The notes: generated by a model from the sequence alone, not told the origin. A stretch of DNA of 64,000 bases from Alphaproteobacteria bacterium (GCA_017939155.1 JAGAZZ010000044.1:92344-156343), one strand, 5' to 3'. Counted from the first letter of the stretch, positions 19,101 through 28,821 are shown. Translations and numbers: made by a program.

Positions 19101-21953
19101 AATTTCCAAAACTTTGGCACGATAGCCGGAGGTTCTGCCCTTTATAATCGCGCAGGCGCTACCTTAACAAATGAAACAACCGGCGTAATTGATGCTGGCT
19201 ATATGGAAAATAGCGGTACGTTAAACAATGCCGGCACAATAAAAAGGACTGTTTCTAACATCGGAATATTAGAAAACACCGGTCTAATCGAACCATCAGC
19301 CGGAAATGCTGTACTAAACCAATCCACCGGTATATTAACAAACAAAGGTACCATAAATACCCATGTTTCAAATAATGGTAAATTAGAAAACATCGGCAAA
19401 ATCGCTTATAATGCAACCGAAAGCTCAAAAAGCGCTATTGTAAACTATGCCACCGGCACGCTCACCAACAAAGGCACTATCGGCTATTTGAGCGAAGAAG
19501 AGGGCATATTAAGCCAGTTTGTAAATATGGGCACAGCGACAAACGAAGAAAACGGCATAATTTCAGCCGAGCAAATCATTAATAATAAAGATGCTGAGTT
19601 GACCTCTTTAGCCGACAAGCTTATCACCGCTGATAACACCATCACAAACGCTGGAACCCTGACTTTGACCTCCGGCACCAACGCGAATCGCCTTGTTAAC
19701 ACAACAACTTCCGAGGGCGAGGTCATCAAAGGCACGCTTAATATCGCAGGCAACGTCACTAACAACGCAACAATCGAGCAAAAAGCCTTAAACGTGAACA
19801 AACAGGCAATATTGACCAATGCGGAAAACATTAACGTTGAAAGTGTCACCAACTCCGGCACAATAAACAACGACTCCGGAACCCTCACCACTAACGAACT
19901 CGTTAACCAAGAGGGCGCAGAACTCATCACTTCTGCTGAAAATATCATCACGGCTGACAACACAATCCAAAACGCCGGAACCGTAACCCTCACCGGTGGC
20001 ACCAACGCCAACTATATCACCGGCACAGGTAGTGTTGCTATCACCGGCAACGTCACCAACAACGCAGAAGTGACGCAAAAAGCAGTTAACATCGCTCAAA
20101 CCGGCGCCTTAACAACGTCCGCTGACAGTTTGCACCTCACCGATTCGCTTGCCAACGACGGCGCGTTAACCTTGACCTCCGGAACCAACGCCAACACCAT
20201 TTCCGGCACCGGCTCAACCACTATCGCAGGCAATATCACCAACAACGCAGAAGTGACGCAAAAAGCCGTTAACATCGCTCAAATCGGCGCCTTAACAACG
20301 TCCGCAGATACACTGCACCTCACCGATTCGCTGACCAACGACGGCACGTTAACCTTGACTTCCGGCACAAACACCAACACCATCACCGGTCTGGGCAAAA
20401 TCGCTATTTTAGATAATTTTGACCTCGGCACCGGCACAATTTCCGGCAACACGGTTGAAGTTGAAAGCGGTACCTTAAAAATGAGCCAAAATAACAATTT
20501 TGACAACACCGCAACTCTAAAGATTAATCAAGGGGTAACTTTTGACCTCAATGACCATACGGCAACCCTCAAAGAAGCAAATTTTGCCACCGGTTCAGTC
20601 TTAAAGCTGAATGTAAACGCACTTAATAATCATGGAACGCTCAACGCCAACACCATAACCGTTGAAAATGGCGCAACCTTAAAAGCCACCTTGGCTCAAG
20701 GTCTGGTCGGTTATGGCAAAACGGCTGAAATTAACCTCTTAAATGCTGAAAATAAAGACTTTAATAACTTTAACGATGAGTTTGACAACAATATGTATCG
20801 TTTTGAAAAGTCCGGCAAAAATGGGGCGTATGCCATAAGCTTGGTTAAAACGGCAGCCGAAGTGGCAAAAGAAACCGGCGCTTCTAACACACAGGCTGAA
20901 ACGGCAAAAGCCTGGGTTGACGGAGAGCGCTTTAATAACGAAAAAGCTCAAGAAGTTGCCGACAAATTGGCAGACTTAGCACAAAACAATCAAGCCGAGT
21001 TTGTCGAAACGCTTGAAACGATAGCTCCAACCCAAGCCCCGGTCGTCCACGATATGACAACCGATGTCAACGACCGTATCCTCCAAGCAACCGTTGACCA
21101 CCTCAAATACGGAGCAGCCGCTAATATGTATGGTATGTCCTCCGGCGATGAGTTCAACGAGGTTTCAGTTTGGGGTAAAACCTATTTGAGCCAAACCGAC
21201 CGCGAAACAACTTCAGGCATTCAGGGCTTTAAGGTAAAATCTCACGGCGTTGTCGGCGGATTTGATAAAAAACTGAACCAAAATACCAAGTTAGGCTTAG
21301 GTTTGCAATACGACAACGCTGATATTTCAAGCCCCAATCGTAAAACCGATGTAGACAGCTTGACCGGCTTTATCTATGGTCAATATCGCCCGGATAATCG
21401 TTTTATCAACTGGCTCGCTTCATACGGTAAAGCTGATTATGATGAAAGCAAAATCGCGCTAAATCAAAAATTTGATGCAAAATATGACGCCAAAACATAC
21501 GCTTTGCAGGGGATAGCGGGATATGATTTGCACTTCAACGATAATAAAATCACGCCGGAAATCGGAATGCGCTATTACAATATCCACCGTAGCACTTATA
21601 AAGATGGCTTAGGTCAACGCATAAAAAGTCAGGATATGGACATCTTAAGAGCCGCCGCCGGTGTTTCTTTTGCCAGAGATTTTTGCTTTGGTATGTGTAA
21701 AATCACACCGGAAGTTTATTTAGGTTTAACCTATGATATTATCGCAGATAATGACAAAGCTGTCGTTATGCTCGACAACGGCGCAAGCTATACCGTAAAC
21801 GGCAAACGCTTAAATCGTCTGGGCTATGAAGCCGCAGTCGGTCTGACGGCGTCCTTGAACGATAGTATTGAAATCAGCCTCGGCTATAACGGAACTTATC
21901 GCAAAAACTACGATAACCACATGGGACTCTTTAATGTCAAATATAAGTTCTAA
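16167..21953 (+). CDS. Giant type Va autotransporter with extended signal peptide, repetitive Gly/Thr/Asn-rich passenger and C-terminal beta-barrel
   Basis: ~41-aa extended signal peptide (MKYTAAALGCLNARYRAVLKKCLLINLGFFALTHPMICHAAD). TNSGTINNT 16-aa repeats. ~60-aa TLTLTSGTNAN..GNVTNNA..QKA.NI repeats. C-terminus LGLGLQYD...FNVKYKF is a translocator domain. Confidence 0.85.
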   Translation: MKYTAAALGCLNARYRAVLKKCLLINLGFFALTHPMICHAADTIITEDVTLNADDLTADEGSKIINQGSTINLTGGTINTEISHRKVDGKDGEINIVSESNVSNAVGDPTGKSGPFIGGGILKVEQQAEFTNNGFMGGSSINNYGTIVNNGYWNSYQKLDYINHTGATLINEENAYLYSGPRNEGIIKNKGKWASMAYNDAGGEFENSGTITWQTYNYQGAKFTNTDTGNANGIYNYGSGENEGTISYVENGGMSTSDKLLNKEASFSNSGTIESNVQNYGGTFKNTGIIKEGINNSDKVIIEGGVVEQGIKSNTGTIQISGGTIKGYTYNSGTMDITGGELLGTLSTYSNKANVTTSADFLKGDIYNSYGGTINLTGGTLSQQLQGSGGILNITGDVKNASNINQQELNIIENATLTSDAEAIVVADNTITNDGTLDLTGGTNTNAITGEGTVTVSGDVTNNAAIDQNNVNIESGKSLANNNTITADVTNNGSLDNNNGTINGIVTNNSSIYGAVGTINGKLINNADAIINDMFQSSKLNGNLENAGTVDMSGIITGDVTNKDGGFIKYIKQVDGNVTNETGGTIKTIGTLNGDLLNETGAFLTDEQGSVYSNIKGTLTNNGTIEMKNSYNAINIGNSETKTGDFINNGIAKFIQGTIYGNLINGENTVIEATYGSNVYGGFDNKGTYTGGLNITGDDLTKNYINNEGTIKLDMYGNTSLKGTINNAEGAIIGVKNENYQGQNGGYSVNNAIINNSGTISGIGSGNNIQVKNETTGEIEFGAGSRSGTINNKGTIKIYDGIWTVSEDGIQNSNKFTIQNGGVYGSGKFVNKDGGQLNILSTWGPDFRVALENAGTVNNAGTITGPSVTNSGTINNTGIIASQTTNSGTINNTSQLVGTTTNSGTINNTGQIQSQTTNSGTIINKAGSTQTNTTRNESTGTIIMEADSHMSGTWYNKGKIENHSNQNQNMYFENQEGGNFQNFGTIAGGSALYNRAGATLTNETTGVIDAGYMENSGTLNNAGTIKRTVSNIGILENTGLIEPSAGNAVLNQSTGILTNKGTINTHVSNNGKLENIGKIAYNATESSKSAIVNYATGTLTNKGTIGYLSEEEGILSQFVNMGTATNEENGIISAEQIINNKDAELTSLADKLITADNTITNAGTLTLTSGTNANRLVNTTTSEGEVIKGTLNIAGNVTNNATIEQKALNVNKQAILTNAENINVESVTNSGTINNDSGTLTTNELVNQEGAELITSAENIITADNTIQNAGTVTLTGGTNANYITGTGSVAITGNVTNNAEVTQKAVNIAQTGALTTSADSLHLTDSLANDGALTLTSGTNANTISGTGSTTIAGNITNNAEVTQKAVNIAQIGALTTSADTLHLTDSLTNDGTLTLTSGTNTNTITGLGKIAILDNFDLGTGTISGNTVEVESGTLKMSQNNNFDNTATLKINQGVTFDLNDHTATLKEANFATGSVLKLNVNALNNHGTLNANTITVENGATLKATLAQGLVGYGKTAEINLLNAENKDFNNFNDEFDNNMYRFEKSGKNGAYAISLVKTAAEVAKETGASNTQAETAKAWVDGERFNNEKAQEVADKLADLAQNNQAEFVETLETIAPTQAPVVHDMTTDVNDRILQATVDHLKYGAAANMYGMSSGDEFNEVSVWGKTYLSQTDRETTSGIQGFKVKSHGVVGGFDKKLNQNTKLGLGLQYDNADISSPNRKTDVDSLTGFIYGQYRPDNRFINWLASYGKADYDESKIALNQKFDAKYDAKTYALQGIAGYDLHFNDNKITPEIGMRYYNIHRSTYKDGLGQRIKSQDMDILRAAAGVSFARDFCFGMCKITPEVYLGLTYDIIADNDKAVVMLDNGASYTVNGKRLNRLGYEAAVGLTASLNDSIEISLGYNGTYRKNYDNHMGLFNVKYKF
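20052..20411 (+). repeat. In-frame near-identical tandem repeat, 180-bp unit (~2 copies plus diverged flanking copies), inside the autotransporter passenger
   Basis: AACAACGCAGAAGTGACGCAAAAAGC recurs at 20058 and 20238, and the surrounding ~180 bp are nearly identical. Confidence 0.8.
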
Positions 21954-21960
21954 AAAATCA

Positions 21961-21989
21961 CCCCCGTTCAAAAAACGGGGGTATTTCTT
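21961..21989. terminator. Bidirectional intrinsic terminator between the autotransporter and the convergent membrane-protein gene
   Basis: CCCCCG-TTCAAAAAA-CGGGGG hairpin; T-rich on + strand and T-run on - strand. Confidence 0.65.
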
Positions 21990-22935
21990 AAGCTAAATCA
22001 ATATTTTTACGGGAACGGAAATATTCATATATAACCAAAACAATTCCTGATAAAATAAGCGGCAACAAATAATAAATAATCCGATAAGCAATCAGCGCGC
22101 CAAATAAAATCGCCTGATTATCTTGCCCCGGCAGAATATTTGAAAAAACCAATTCAAACACACCCAAGCCTCCCGGAACTTGGCTGTAAACCCCTAAAAC
22201 TTGCGCGATGATAAAAGCGCCCATAAAGGTTACAAAATCAATTTCCACAAATGAGATAAGCACCGAATAAAGCACTAAGGACGCCATCACAATATCAATA
22301 CTGCCGATAAAAATTTGCTCTAAAGCAAGCTTGAAATCAGGCATTTTAAAGTCCACCCCTTTAATGACAATAGCTTTTTTGTAATTCAAACTTCCCCAAA
22401 GATAAATCAAAATACCGATAACCGATAAAATCATCGTAATCAATGTGGAAACTTTGGTCGAATCATTACCGCCAAAAGCGTGTTCCGGCGTTAAAACATA
22501 TCCTATGATAATCAAAAAAAAGCACGCCACTAAATAGGTAAATCCCGAAAAAGTGACCATCTTGACAATATTTGCCGGAGTAATCCCCCATCTTGAATAA
22601 AACCGGTAACGGACAGCTCCGCCCGAAACAATCGCGTGTCCGGCATTGTTGCTGACAGAAAAGCCGACAAACCCCGTCAAAATCCACTTCCAGGCGGCTA
22701 ATTTCTTTTTGATGTATTTTAGCGCTAAATAGTCGTATGTTGAAAGCGCGACATATCCGATAAACGAAGCGCCGACCGCCCAAAAAAGATTTTCTTTTGG
22801 AATTGCCAAAAGCGCGCTTTTAAGCTCGGCTAAAGAATATTTAGAAAGCTGGCGATATATCATATAAGCCGCTAAAACAAAGAAAAATAATCCAAGCCAA
22901 GAAACAAGTTTGTTAAAAAACGCCGATGCCTTCAC
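21988..22935 (-). CDS. UPF0104 / LPG-synthase-TM-like polytopic inner membrane protein
   Basis: ~8 predicted TM helices, 315 aa, pattern resembling the YbhN/UPF0104 family. Family assignment is from memory only. Confidence 0.4.
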   Translation of the reverse strand: MKASAFFNKLVSWLGLFFFVLAAYMIYRQLSKYSLAELKSALLAIPKENLFWAVGASFIGYVALSTYDYLALKYIKKKLAAWKWILTGFVGFSVSNNAGHAIVSGGAVRYRFYSRWGITPANIVKMVTFSGFTYLVACFFLIIIGYVLTPEHAFGGNDSTKVSTLITMILSVIGILIYLWGSLNYKKAIVIKGVDFKMPDFKLALEQIFIGSIDIVMASLVLYSVLISFVEIDFVTFMGAFIIAQVLGVYSQVPGGLGVFELVFSNILPGQDNQAILFGALIAYRIIYYLLPLILSGIVLVIYEYFRSRKNIDLA

Positions 22936-22939
22936 TTTT

Positions 22940-23965
22940 CTACTCCTGAGTTATTTCTAAGTTAATATAAGAATCAAGATATTTTTTTAAGCTCTCTCCA
23001 AATGTTTGGCGAATAAGTTTTGTCTGCTCTGTCGGCTCAGATTTGATATTTTCCGCTTCCGCCTGAGCCGAGAGCAAATCTTCAATACCTAATTTTTTCT
23101 CTAATTCGTCACGTTTTTCAGAGGCGCTGGAAATGCCAGCCCCGGCAGCAATATTATATAAGATATAAGCTTGTTTTATATTTTTCGGATAAATTTCTCC
23201 AAGAGATAAAATATCCGCAAGCTGCATTGTTGCCTGAGAATGACCTTGTTTAGATGCTTTTTGCAGATACTCAACCGCTCTGGCATAATTTTTGGAAACC
23301 CCTGTGCCGTTAATATAAAACTCAGATACAATATATTGCGCCTCATCATAGCCTTCATCCGCGGCTTGTTTAATAAATGAAAATGCTTTTTTCATATCTT
23401 TGTTAAATATAATGCCGATTTTATAAGCATAGCCGGAAAGGTATTTAGCCGTCAAGTTCTTTTCCTGCGCCATCAATAATAAGCTTTTAACTTTTTTAAA
23501 GGTCGTCGGAATATTGTTTTTATCAACATCTCTTAAATAAATAATGGCAAGGTTAACCGCCGCATCTGTACTTCCGGTCTCAACGGCTTTCTCAAAATAT
23601 GAAATAGCTTTTTTAGGGTCAGCCTCTGTTCCGATACCGTTAAAATATAAGCTTCCTAAATTATTATACGCCGTAGCATTGCCAAGCTCTGCCGCTTTTT
23701 GATAATAAGACAATGCCGCTTTATAATCAATATTAACCCCGTTAGCGCCATACAAATACATATACCCTAAATCAAGCAACGCATTTTCATCCCCGGTTTC
23801 AGCCCGTGCCAAAAGTTCTTCGGCGGTGTCATTTGTTTTTTTCACCGCACCGTCATTGACGTTATTTTTTTGAAGCTCAGGGGAACTCTGTACAATATTC
23901 TGTGCCGAAGCGTTAACCGAAAAAAACAACATCAAAACCCAAACAATCTTAAAAAATTTTCCCAT
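22940..23965 (-). CDS. Secreted Sel1-repeat (TPR-like) protein
   Basis: Signal peptide; multiple Sel1 units (LG.MY..G.GV..D...A..YY.KAAE.G...A..NLG). Confidence 0.75.
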   Translation of the reverse strand: MGKFFKIVWVLMLFFSVNASAQNIVQSSPELQKNNVNDGAVKKTNDTAEELLARAETGDENALLDLGYMYLYGANGVNIDYKAALSYYQKAAELGNATAYNNLGSLYFNGIGTEADPKKAISYFEKAVETGSTDAAVNLAIIYLRDVDKNNIPTTFKKVKSLLLMAQEKNLTAKYLSGYAYKIGIIFNKDMKKAFSFIKQAADEGYDEAQYIVSEFYINGTGVSKNYARAVEYLQKASKQGHSQATMQLADILSLGEIYPKNIKQAYILYNIAAGAGISSASEKRDELEKKLGIEDLLSAQAEAENIKSEPTEQTKLIRQTFGESLKKYLDSYINLEITQE

Positions 23966-24104
23966 CTTATGCCCTCTTAGCGGAAATATGTTGATTGTGT
24001 TAAAAAATATCGCAAAAAAATATTGCTTTCAACACAAAATAAAGTATAAAAAGAAAAAAGTAAATTTTAATAAACAAGATATCCTAACGTAAATAACTAA
24101 AAAA

Positions 24105-25919
24105 ATGGCAAATATGACACCGATATATACGCTCAAAGAAATCAGCCTGACATTTGGCGTTCGCCCGCTGTTTACATCAGTCAGTCTAAACATCAGCCGA
24201 GGGGATAAAATCTGTTTGGTCGGGCGTAACGGTAGCGGCAAATCAACCCTGTTAAAAATAATTTCCGGCACAATAGACCCCGATGGCGGTTCAATTTTTA
24301 TCCAACCGGGCATAAAAATTGCCTATATGGCGCAAGAAGAAGACTTTTCTTTATACCACACTCTAAAAGATGTTGTTTTATCCGGACTTGAGGAAAAAGA
24401 CCGCGCCTCTCAAAGCTATAAAGCTGATATTTTAATGGAAGCATTAGAAATTAATTCAACCGTAAATCCGCAAACCGCCTCGGGCGGCGAGCGTAAAAAA
24501 GCGGCTCTTGCCCGTGCGCTTATCTCCGAGCCGGATATTTTGCTCTTAGACGAGCCGACCAACCATTTAGACATCACAACCATTGAAAAATTAGAAGAAA
24601 TAATTAAAAAATTTTCCGGCGCGGTGGTAGTAATCAGTCACGACCGCTCGTTTTTAACTCGTGTGTCAAATGCAACCCTTTGGCTGGATAGGGGGATAAT
24701 TCACCAAACAGACAGAGGTTTTGCTTCTTTTGAAGCTTGGCAGGATGAAATCCTAAATCAGGAAATTATTAAAGAAAAATATCTTAACAAAAAAATCGAA
24801 GAAGAAACCGAGTGGCTGCATAAAGGCGTAACCGCAAGACGGCGGCGCAACCAAGGTCGCCTGCGCCGTTTAAAACAATTGCGGCAGGATAGAAAAGAGC
24901 AAATCAAAAAATTAGGCTCCGTGGATTTGGAAATCAAAGAAGCAGCCATCCGCTCCAAGCTTATCTTAGAGGCAAAGCATATTAACAAAAGTTTTGGCTC
25001 GCGTGAAATTATCAAGGACTTTTCTTTACGGATGATGAAAGGCAATCGAATAGGTATTGTCGGTTCCAACGGTTCGGGAAAAACAACGCTTTTAAAGCTT
25101 TTGACCGCGCACCTAAAGCCGGACAGCGGTTTTGTTCGTATCGGCAAAAATTTGGAAATGGTGTATTTTGACCAAAATCGTGAAACCCTGGACCCAGAAA
25201 AAACATTATGGAAAACACTCTGCGGTGAAGGTGACCATATTTGGGTAAGAGGGCATTATCGTCACGTTATCGCTTATTTGAAAGACTTTTTGTTTACACC
25301 CGAACAGGCGCAAAGTCCGGTTTCCTGCCTTTCCGGTGGTGAAAAAAATCGTTTAATGCTCGCTTTGTCATTAGCCAAAGAATCAAATTTTTTGGTTTTG
25401 GACGAGCCGACCAATGATTTGGATATGGATACGTTGGATTTGCTTTTAGAAGTGCTGGATGAATATGAGGGGACAATTCTTTTAGTTAGTCACGACCGTG
25501 ATTTCTTAAATAAAATTACAACATCAATGCTTTACTTAAAAGGGGACGGTAGCGTTATTGAACACGTCGGCAACTATGAAGAGTTATATGAAAAATATGT
25601 CAAGTCGGGGCAAAAAACAGACCGCAAAACTCCGGATGCCCCAAAAAAAGAACCGGTAAAAGAGCCCGAAAAACAATCCGGTAAATCGCCGCGTTTAAGC
25701 TACAAAGACCAACGTTTATATGAAGTTCTGCCAAATGAAATCAGCGCCATCGAAAAAGAAATTCAAACCATCGAGCAAACTTTGTCAGACCCCGCGCTTT
25801 TTACCGCCGATACCGATAAGTTTTATGCTTTAACCGAAAAACTGCAATCATTGCAAATCTTAAAGGATGAAAAAGAAACCAAGTGGCTGGAGATAGAAAT
25901 GCAAATTAGTATGATGTAA
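24105..25919 (+). CDS. uup: ABC-F family ATPase, Uup-like (two ABC domains plus C-terminal coiled-coil domain)
   Basis: Two Walker A motifs (GRNGSGKST, GSNGSGKTT), two LSGGE signatures, no TM domain, C-terminal coiled-coil tail. Confidence 0.8.
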   Translation: MANMTPIYTLKEISLTFGVRPLFTSVSLNISRGDKICLVGRNGSGKSTLLKIISGTIDPDGGSIFIQPGIKIAYMAQEEDFSLYHTLKDVVLSGLEEKDRASQSYKADILMEALEINSTVNPQTASGGERKKAALARALISEPDILLLDEPTNHLDITTIEKLEEIIKKFSGAVVVISHDRSFLTRVSNATLWLDRGIIHQTDRGFASFEAWQDEILNQEIIKEKYLNKKIEEETEWLHKGVTARRRRNQGRLRRLKQLRQDRKEQIKKLGSVDLEIKEAAIRSKLILEAKHINKSFGSREIIKDFSLRMMKGNRIGIVGSNGSGKTTLLKLLTAHLKPDSGFVRIGKNLEMVYFDQNRETLDPEKTLWKTLCGEGDHIWVRGHYRHVIAYLKDFLFTPEQAQSPVSCLSGGEKNRLMLALSLAKESNFLVLDEPTNDLDMDTLDLLLEVLDEYEGTILLVSHDRDFLNKITTSMLYLKGDGSVIEHVGNYEELYEKYVKSGQKTDRKTPDAPKKEPVKEPEKQSGKSPRLSYKDQRLYEVLPNEISAIEKEIQTIEQTLSDPALFTADTDKFYALTEKLQSLQILKDEKETKWLEIEMQISMM

Positions 25920-25980
25920 AATAAACAGCCTCCTTTTATAAAAGATGAGTTAAGCTGTTTCGCCCTTTTTATAAAGGATA

Positions 25981-26190
25981 ATGAATATGACAAAAATAAA
26001 AGATATTCAAAATACAAGTTCAATGGCAACGGACTTGGACGAAATAAAAATAACTAACCGTCTGTTTTTGGATTTATTATATAATTTAAGCAAATATCCT
26101 CACGCGCAAAAGCCCAAAAAACTGGTTCGGGAAGGATTGTTTGCCTTTGAGGAAGAACATGTCATCAGAACATTAAAAGCAAAAAAATAA
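25981..26190 (+). CDS. Small hypothetical protein (69 aa)
   Basis: ORF with AAGGA RBS; no recognisable motif. Confidence 0.25.
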   Translation: MNMTKIKDIQNTSSMATDLDEIKITNRLFLDLLYNLSKYPHAQKPKKLVREGLFAFEEEHVIRTLKAKK

Positions 26191-26251
26191 CCAATTAAAA
26201 TCATCAAAAGTTTTTAATTAAGTAAGATAACATTTGGGCAATCAGCCTAAC

Positions 26252-26779
26252 TCAAACCTGTATCATATTAATTTGAACAAATAAAACGCCCAAAAGTAAA
26301 ATAGCCGCAAAAATCCCCGCAAACACATCATCCAGCATAACCCCGTACGCATTTTTAATTTTTGTATCGGCATATTTAACCGGTCCCATTTTTAAAATAT
26401 CAAAAAAGCGAAAAAAGGCGAACCCCGCCACATAAAACCACAAACTGTCTATCCCCATTAAATACTCAGGCGCTAAATAGGCCACAATGGAAAAACTTAA
26501 AAGCTGTCCCACCGTTTCATCAATCACCACCAAAGACGGGTCATCATCTCCGCTTTTTTGAATAACAACCTTAGCAGCCGGAACACCTAAAATAAAAATA
26601 ATCACCGCCGCAGTCATTAAAGCATTAAAGCCGCCAAAATAAATCAAAGCATACGCCAAGGGTAATGTCCCGAGTGACCCCATAGTCCCCGGTGCGTACT
26701 TGGAAAATCCTAATCCGAAATAAGTAGCAAAAAGATAGGCAATTTTATTTTTCATAACGGCTCCATAATTGTTTGACAC
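26252..26779 (-). CDS. pgpA: Phosphatidylglycerophosphatase A
   Basis: YFGLGFSKYAPGTMGSLGTLPLA and VIDETVGQ are PgpA signatures. Confidence 0.85.
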   Translation of the reverse strand: MSNNYGAVMKNKIAYLFATYFGLGFSKYAPGTMGSLGTLPLAYALIYFGGFNALMTAAVIIFILGVPAAKVVIQKSGDDDPSLVVIDETVGQLLSFSIVAYLAPEYLMGIDSLWFYVAGFAFFRFFDILKMGPVKYADTKIKNAYGVMLDDVFAGIFAAILLLGVLFVQINMIQV

Positions 26780-26878
26780 TAAATACTAAAAATATTTTGC
26801 TCATTTTTACAACCACAAAACAAATTATCCACGAATAATTAACACTTTTGCTCTAAAATGCCCTCAAAAGGAGGCAAA

Positions 26879-27898
26879 ATGAACTCAAAAAAAATGTGTA
26901 TGCTGATAGTTTTGTTAATGCTGGGCATTATCGCAACTGCAATCTTTTTATATCAAGAAATCGCTCAAAATCAGTCCGTAACAGAGCCTGAAATAAAAAA
27001 GACGGAAACACCCCGTCCTGAAAAAATCCGTATTCAGCCCAATACCTGTCAGGATAAACCCGCCAATGTCGACATCGTTTATATAACAGATTCGCGTTAC
27101 ACACCGCCGACAATGGTTTCTATGTCATCTGCGATTAAAAATAAATGCCAAAATACAACATATAACTTTTATATCATTGCCCAAAATCTCACCCCGCAAG
27201 ATGAGCAGGCTCTCAATCGCCTGAAAAATCTGGCACCCGAAACCGTAAATATTAAAATTATTCCGCAAACAGAGCCCGACCTTCCTTATGAAAATATGCA
27301 ACGCTTCTTGCAATATAAAGTCGGAATGCACAAGATTTATCTGCCGCAAGTCTTAAAAAACTTAAACAAAGTAATCTATATGGATGGAGATACGTTAGTA
27401 TTAAAAGATTTGCGCCCGCTGTTTGAACAAGAGACCACCGGAGTTTATGCTTTAGCCGCCAAAGACGGTATATTCTACCGTTTTCCCAAAGAAATGGCGG
27501 AAATAGGTCTTGATAAGCGCGGATTTTATTTTAACAGTGGCGTTATGCTGTATAATTTAGCACTCCAGCGCCAAGAAAATGTCGTGGAAAAACTTGTCGA
27601 ATACATCAAAACCCATACTGATTTTTTTGGCGACCAAGATGTCTTAAATGTCGTTTTTGCTGACAAAGTTAAGCTGATGTCCTATAAATACAACTGCATA
27701 AGCACGTTTTTTGAAGCTGATGATTTAGATTTTTTAAGCACATATTTTGGCGAGCCGTTGTCCAAAGACACTTTTTATATTTATGAAAACGCGTCAATTA
27801 TCCATTATGCCGGCGATAAGCCATGGCAAGATAATTATAAGCCCAGTTTCTTAAAAGAACTCTGGTTTCGTTATTATGATGAAATAAAGGATTACTGA
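26879..27898 (+). CDS. Membrane-anchored family-8 glycosyltransferase (LPS glycosyltransferase-like)
   Basis: N-terminal TM anchor, GT8 fold motifs, DxD (YMDGDTLV), HY.G.KPW. Start moved to ATG 26879 with AAAGGAGG RBS. Confidence 0.75.
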   Translation: MNSKKMCMLIVLLMLGIIATAIFLYQEIAQNQSVTEPEIKKTETPRPEKIRIQPNTCQDKPANVDIVYITDSRYTPPTMVSMSSAIKNKCQNTTYNFYIIAQNLTPQDEQALNRLKNLAPETVNIKIIPQTEPDLPYENMQRFLQYKVGMHKIYLPQVLKNLNKVIYMDGDTLVLKDLRPLFEQETTGVYALAAKDGIFYRFPKEMAEIGLDKRGFYFNSGVMLYNLALQRQENVVEKLVEYIKTHTDFFGDQDVLNVVFADKVKLMSYKYNCISTFFEADDLDFLSTYFGEPLSKDTFYIYENASIIHYAGDKPWQDNYKPSFLKELWFRYYDEIKDY

Positions 27899-28821
27899 TG
27901 AAAAAACACATAATTCTAACGCTGACATTGCTTTCATTTGCCGCCTTAATCGCGTTAAGTGTTCTGCTTAGCGCTAAAAATCCCATACATCTGGCTTATA
28001 TGTCAGATAAAAAATATCTTCCCTATATGATGGTGTCGCTTCATTCCGCAATCCTAAATAAAAACAAAAACACCTCATACCATGTTCACGTTTTAGCTAA
28101 AGATTTGACCAACGAAGATATAAAAAAACTAAAAGAAATAGAACAAGCCGACGTGCAAATAAGCGTCTATCAAACAAAAGAGCTAAATCTCGATTCTGCG
28201 CACCTCGGGCGTTTTGCCTCGTTTGCCCCGGCTTTGCAAAAGGTTTTTATTGCCGGTTATCTGAAAAACATCAATAAAGTTCTTTATTTAGACGCTGATA
28301 CCATCGTTCAAAAAGATTTAACCTCAGTTTATAAAACTAATCTGGAAAATCAATACATCGCCGCCGTGAAAGATGGTCTGATGTATCAATTTCCCGAGCA
28401 TATCGCAGAACTAGGTCTGAAAGAGCGTGATTTTTATTTTAACAGTGGCGTTATGCTCCTAAACTTAAAAGAAATTCGTGAGCGTAATATCGAGCGCCGT
28501 GCCATAACTTATTTTAACACGCATAATGAAATTTTTGGCGACCAAGACATTTTAAATGTCGTCGTGGGGCAAAAAGTTCTGCCGTTATCGTATGTCTACA
28601 ATGTCAACAGTACATTTTTTGAGGAAAAAAGCGCCGCTTTTTTAGCAGAATTTTATCAAGAAAAGGTGCCAAATTCGCCTAAAGAAGTTTATGACAATGC
28701 GGCAATTCTTCATTTTGCCGGTCATAAACCTTGGACACCGTGGTTTAATCAGCCGTATCTTCAAGCCCTTTGGGCGGATTATGCTAAAAAAACTCAGGCA
28801 AAATATCAGATTATGTTTTAA
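27898..28821 (+). CDS. Membrane-anchored family-8 glycosyltransferase, tandem paralog
   Basis: Paralogous to the preceding gene (YLDADTIV DxD, FNSGVMLLNL, HFAGHKPW). ATG overlaps the upstream stop (TGATG). Confidence 0.75.
   Translation: MKKHIILTLTLLSFAALIALSVLLSAKNPIHLAYMSDKKYLPYMMVSLHSAILNKNKNTSYHVHVLAKDLTNEDIKKLKEIEQADVQISVYQTKELNLDSAHLGRFASFAPALQKVFIAGYLKNINKVLYLDADTIVQKDLTSVYKTNLENQYIAAVKDGLMYQFPEHIAELGLKERDFYFNSGVMLLNLKEIRERNIERRAITYFNTHNEIFGDQDILNVVVGQKVLPLSYVYNVNSTFFEEKSAAFLAEFYQEKVPNSPKEVYDNAAILHFAGHKPWTPWFNQPYLQALWADYAKKTQAKYQIMF

Noticed and set aside
17273-20099. Several 100-175-aa ORFs on the minus strand inside the second autotransporter gene (17273..17692, 17771..18091, 18687..19109, 19484..20011, 19788..20099)
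   Set aside because: They are antisense to a long, well-supported ORF and arise from low-complexity repeat coding sequence, with no RBS or independent support. The same applies to antisense ORFs inside ileS, infB, der, bamB, msbA-like and the first autotransporter.
20052-20411. Possible CRISPR-like array because of regular repeats
   Set aside because: The repeats are 180-bp in-frame coding repeats of an autotransporter passenger, without short spacers or cas genes.
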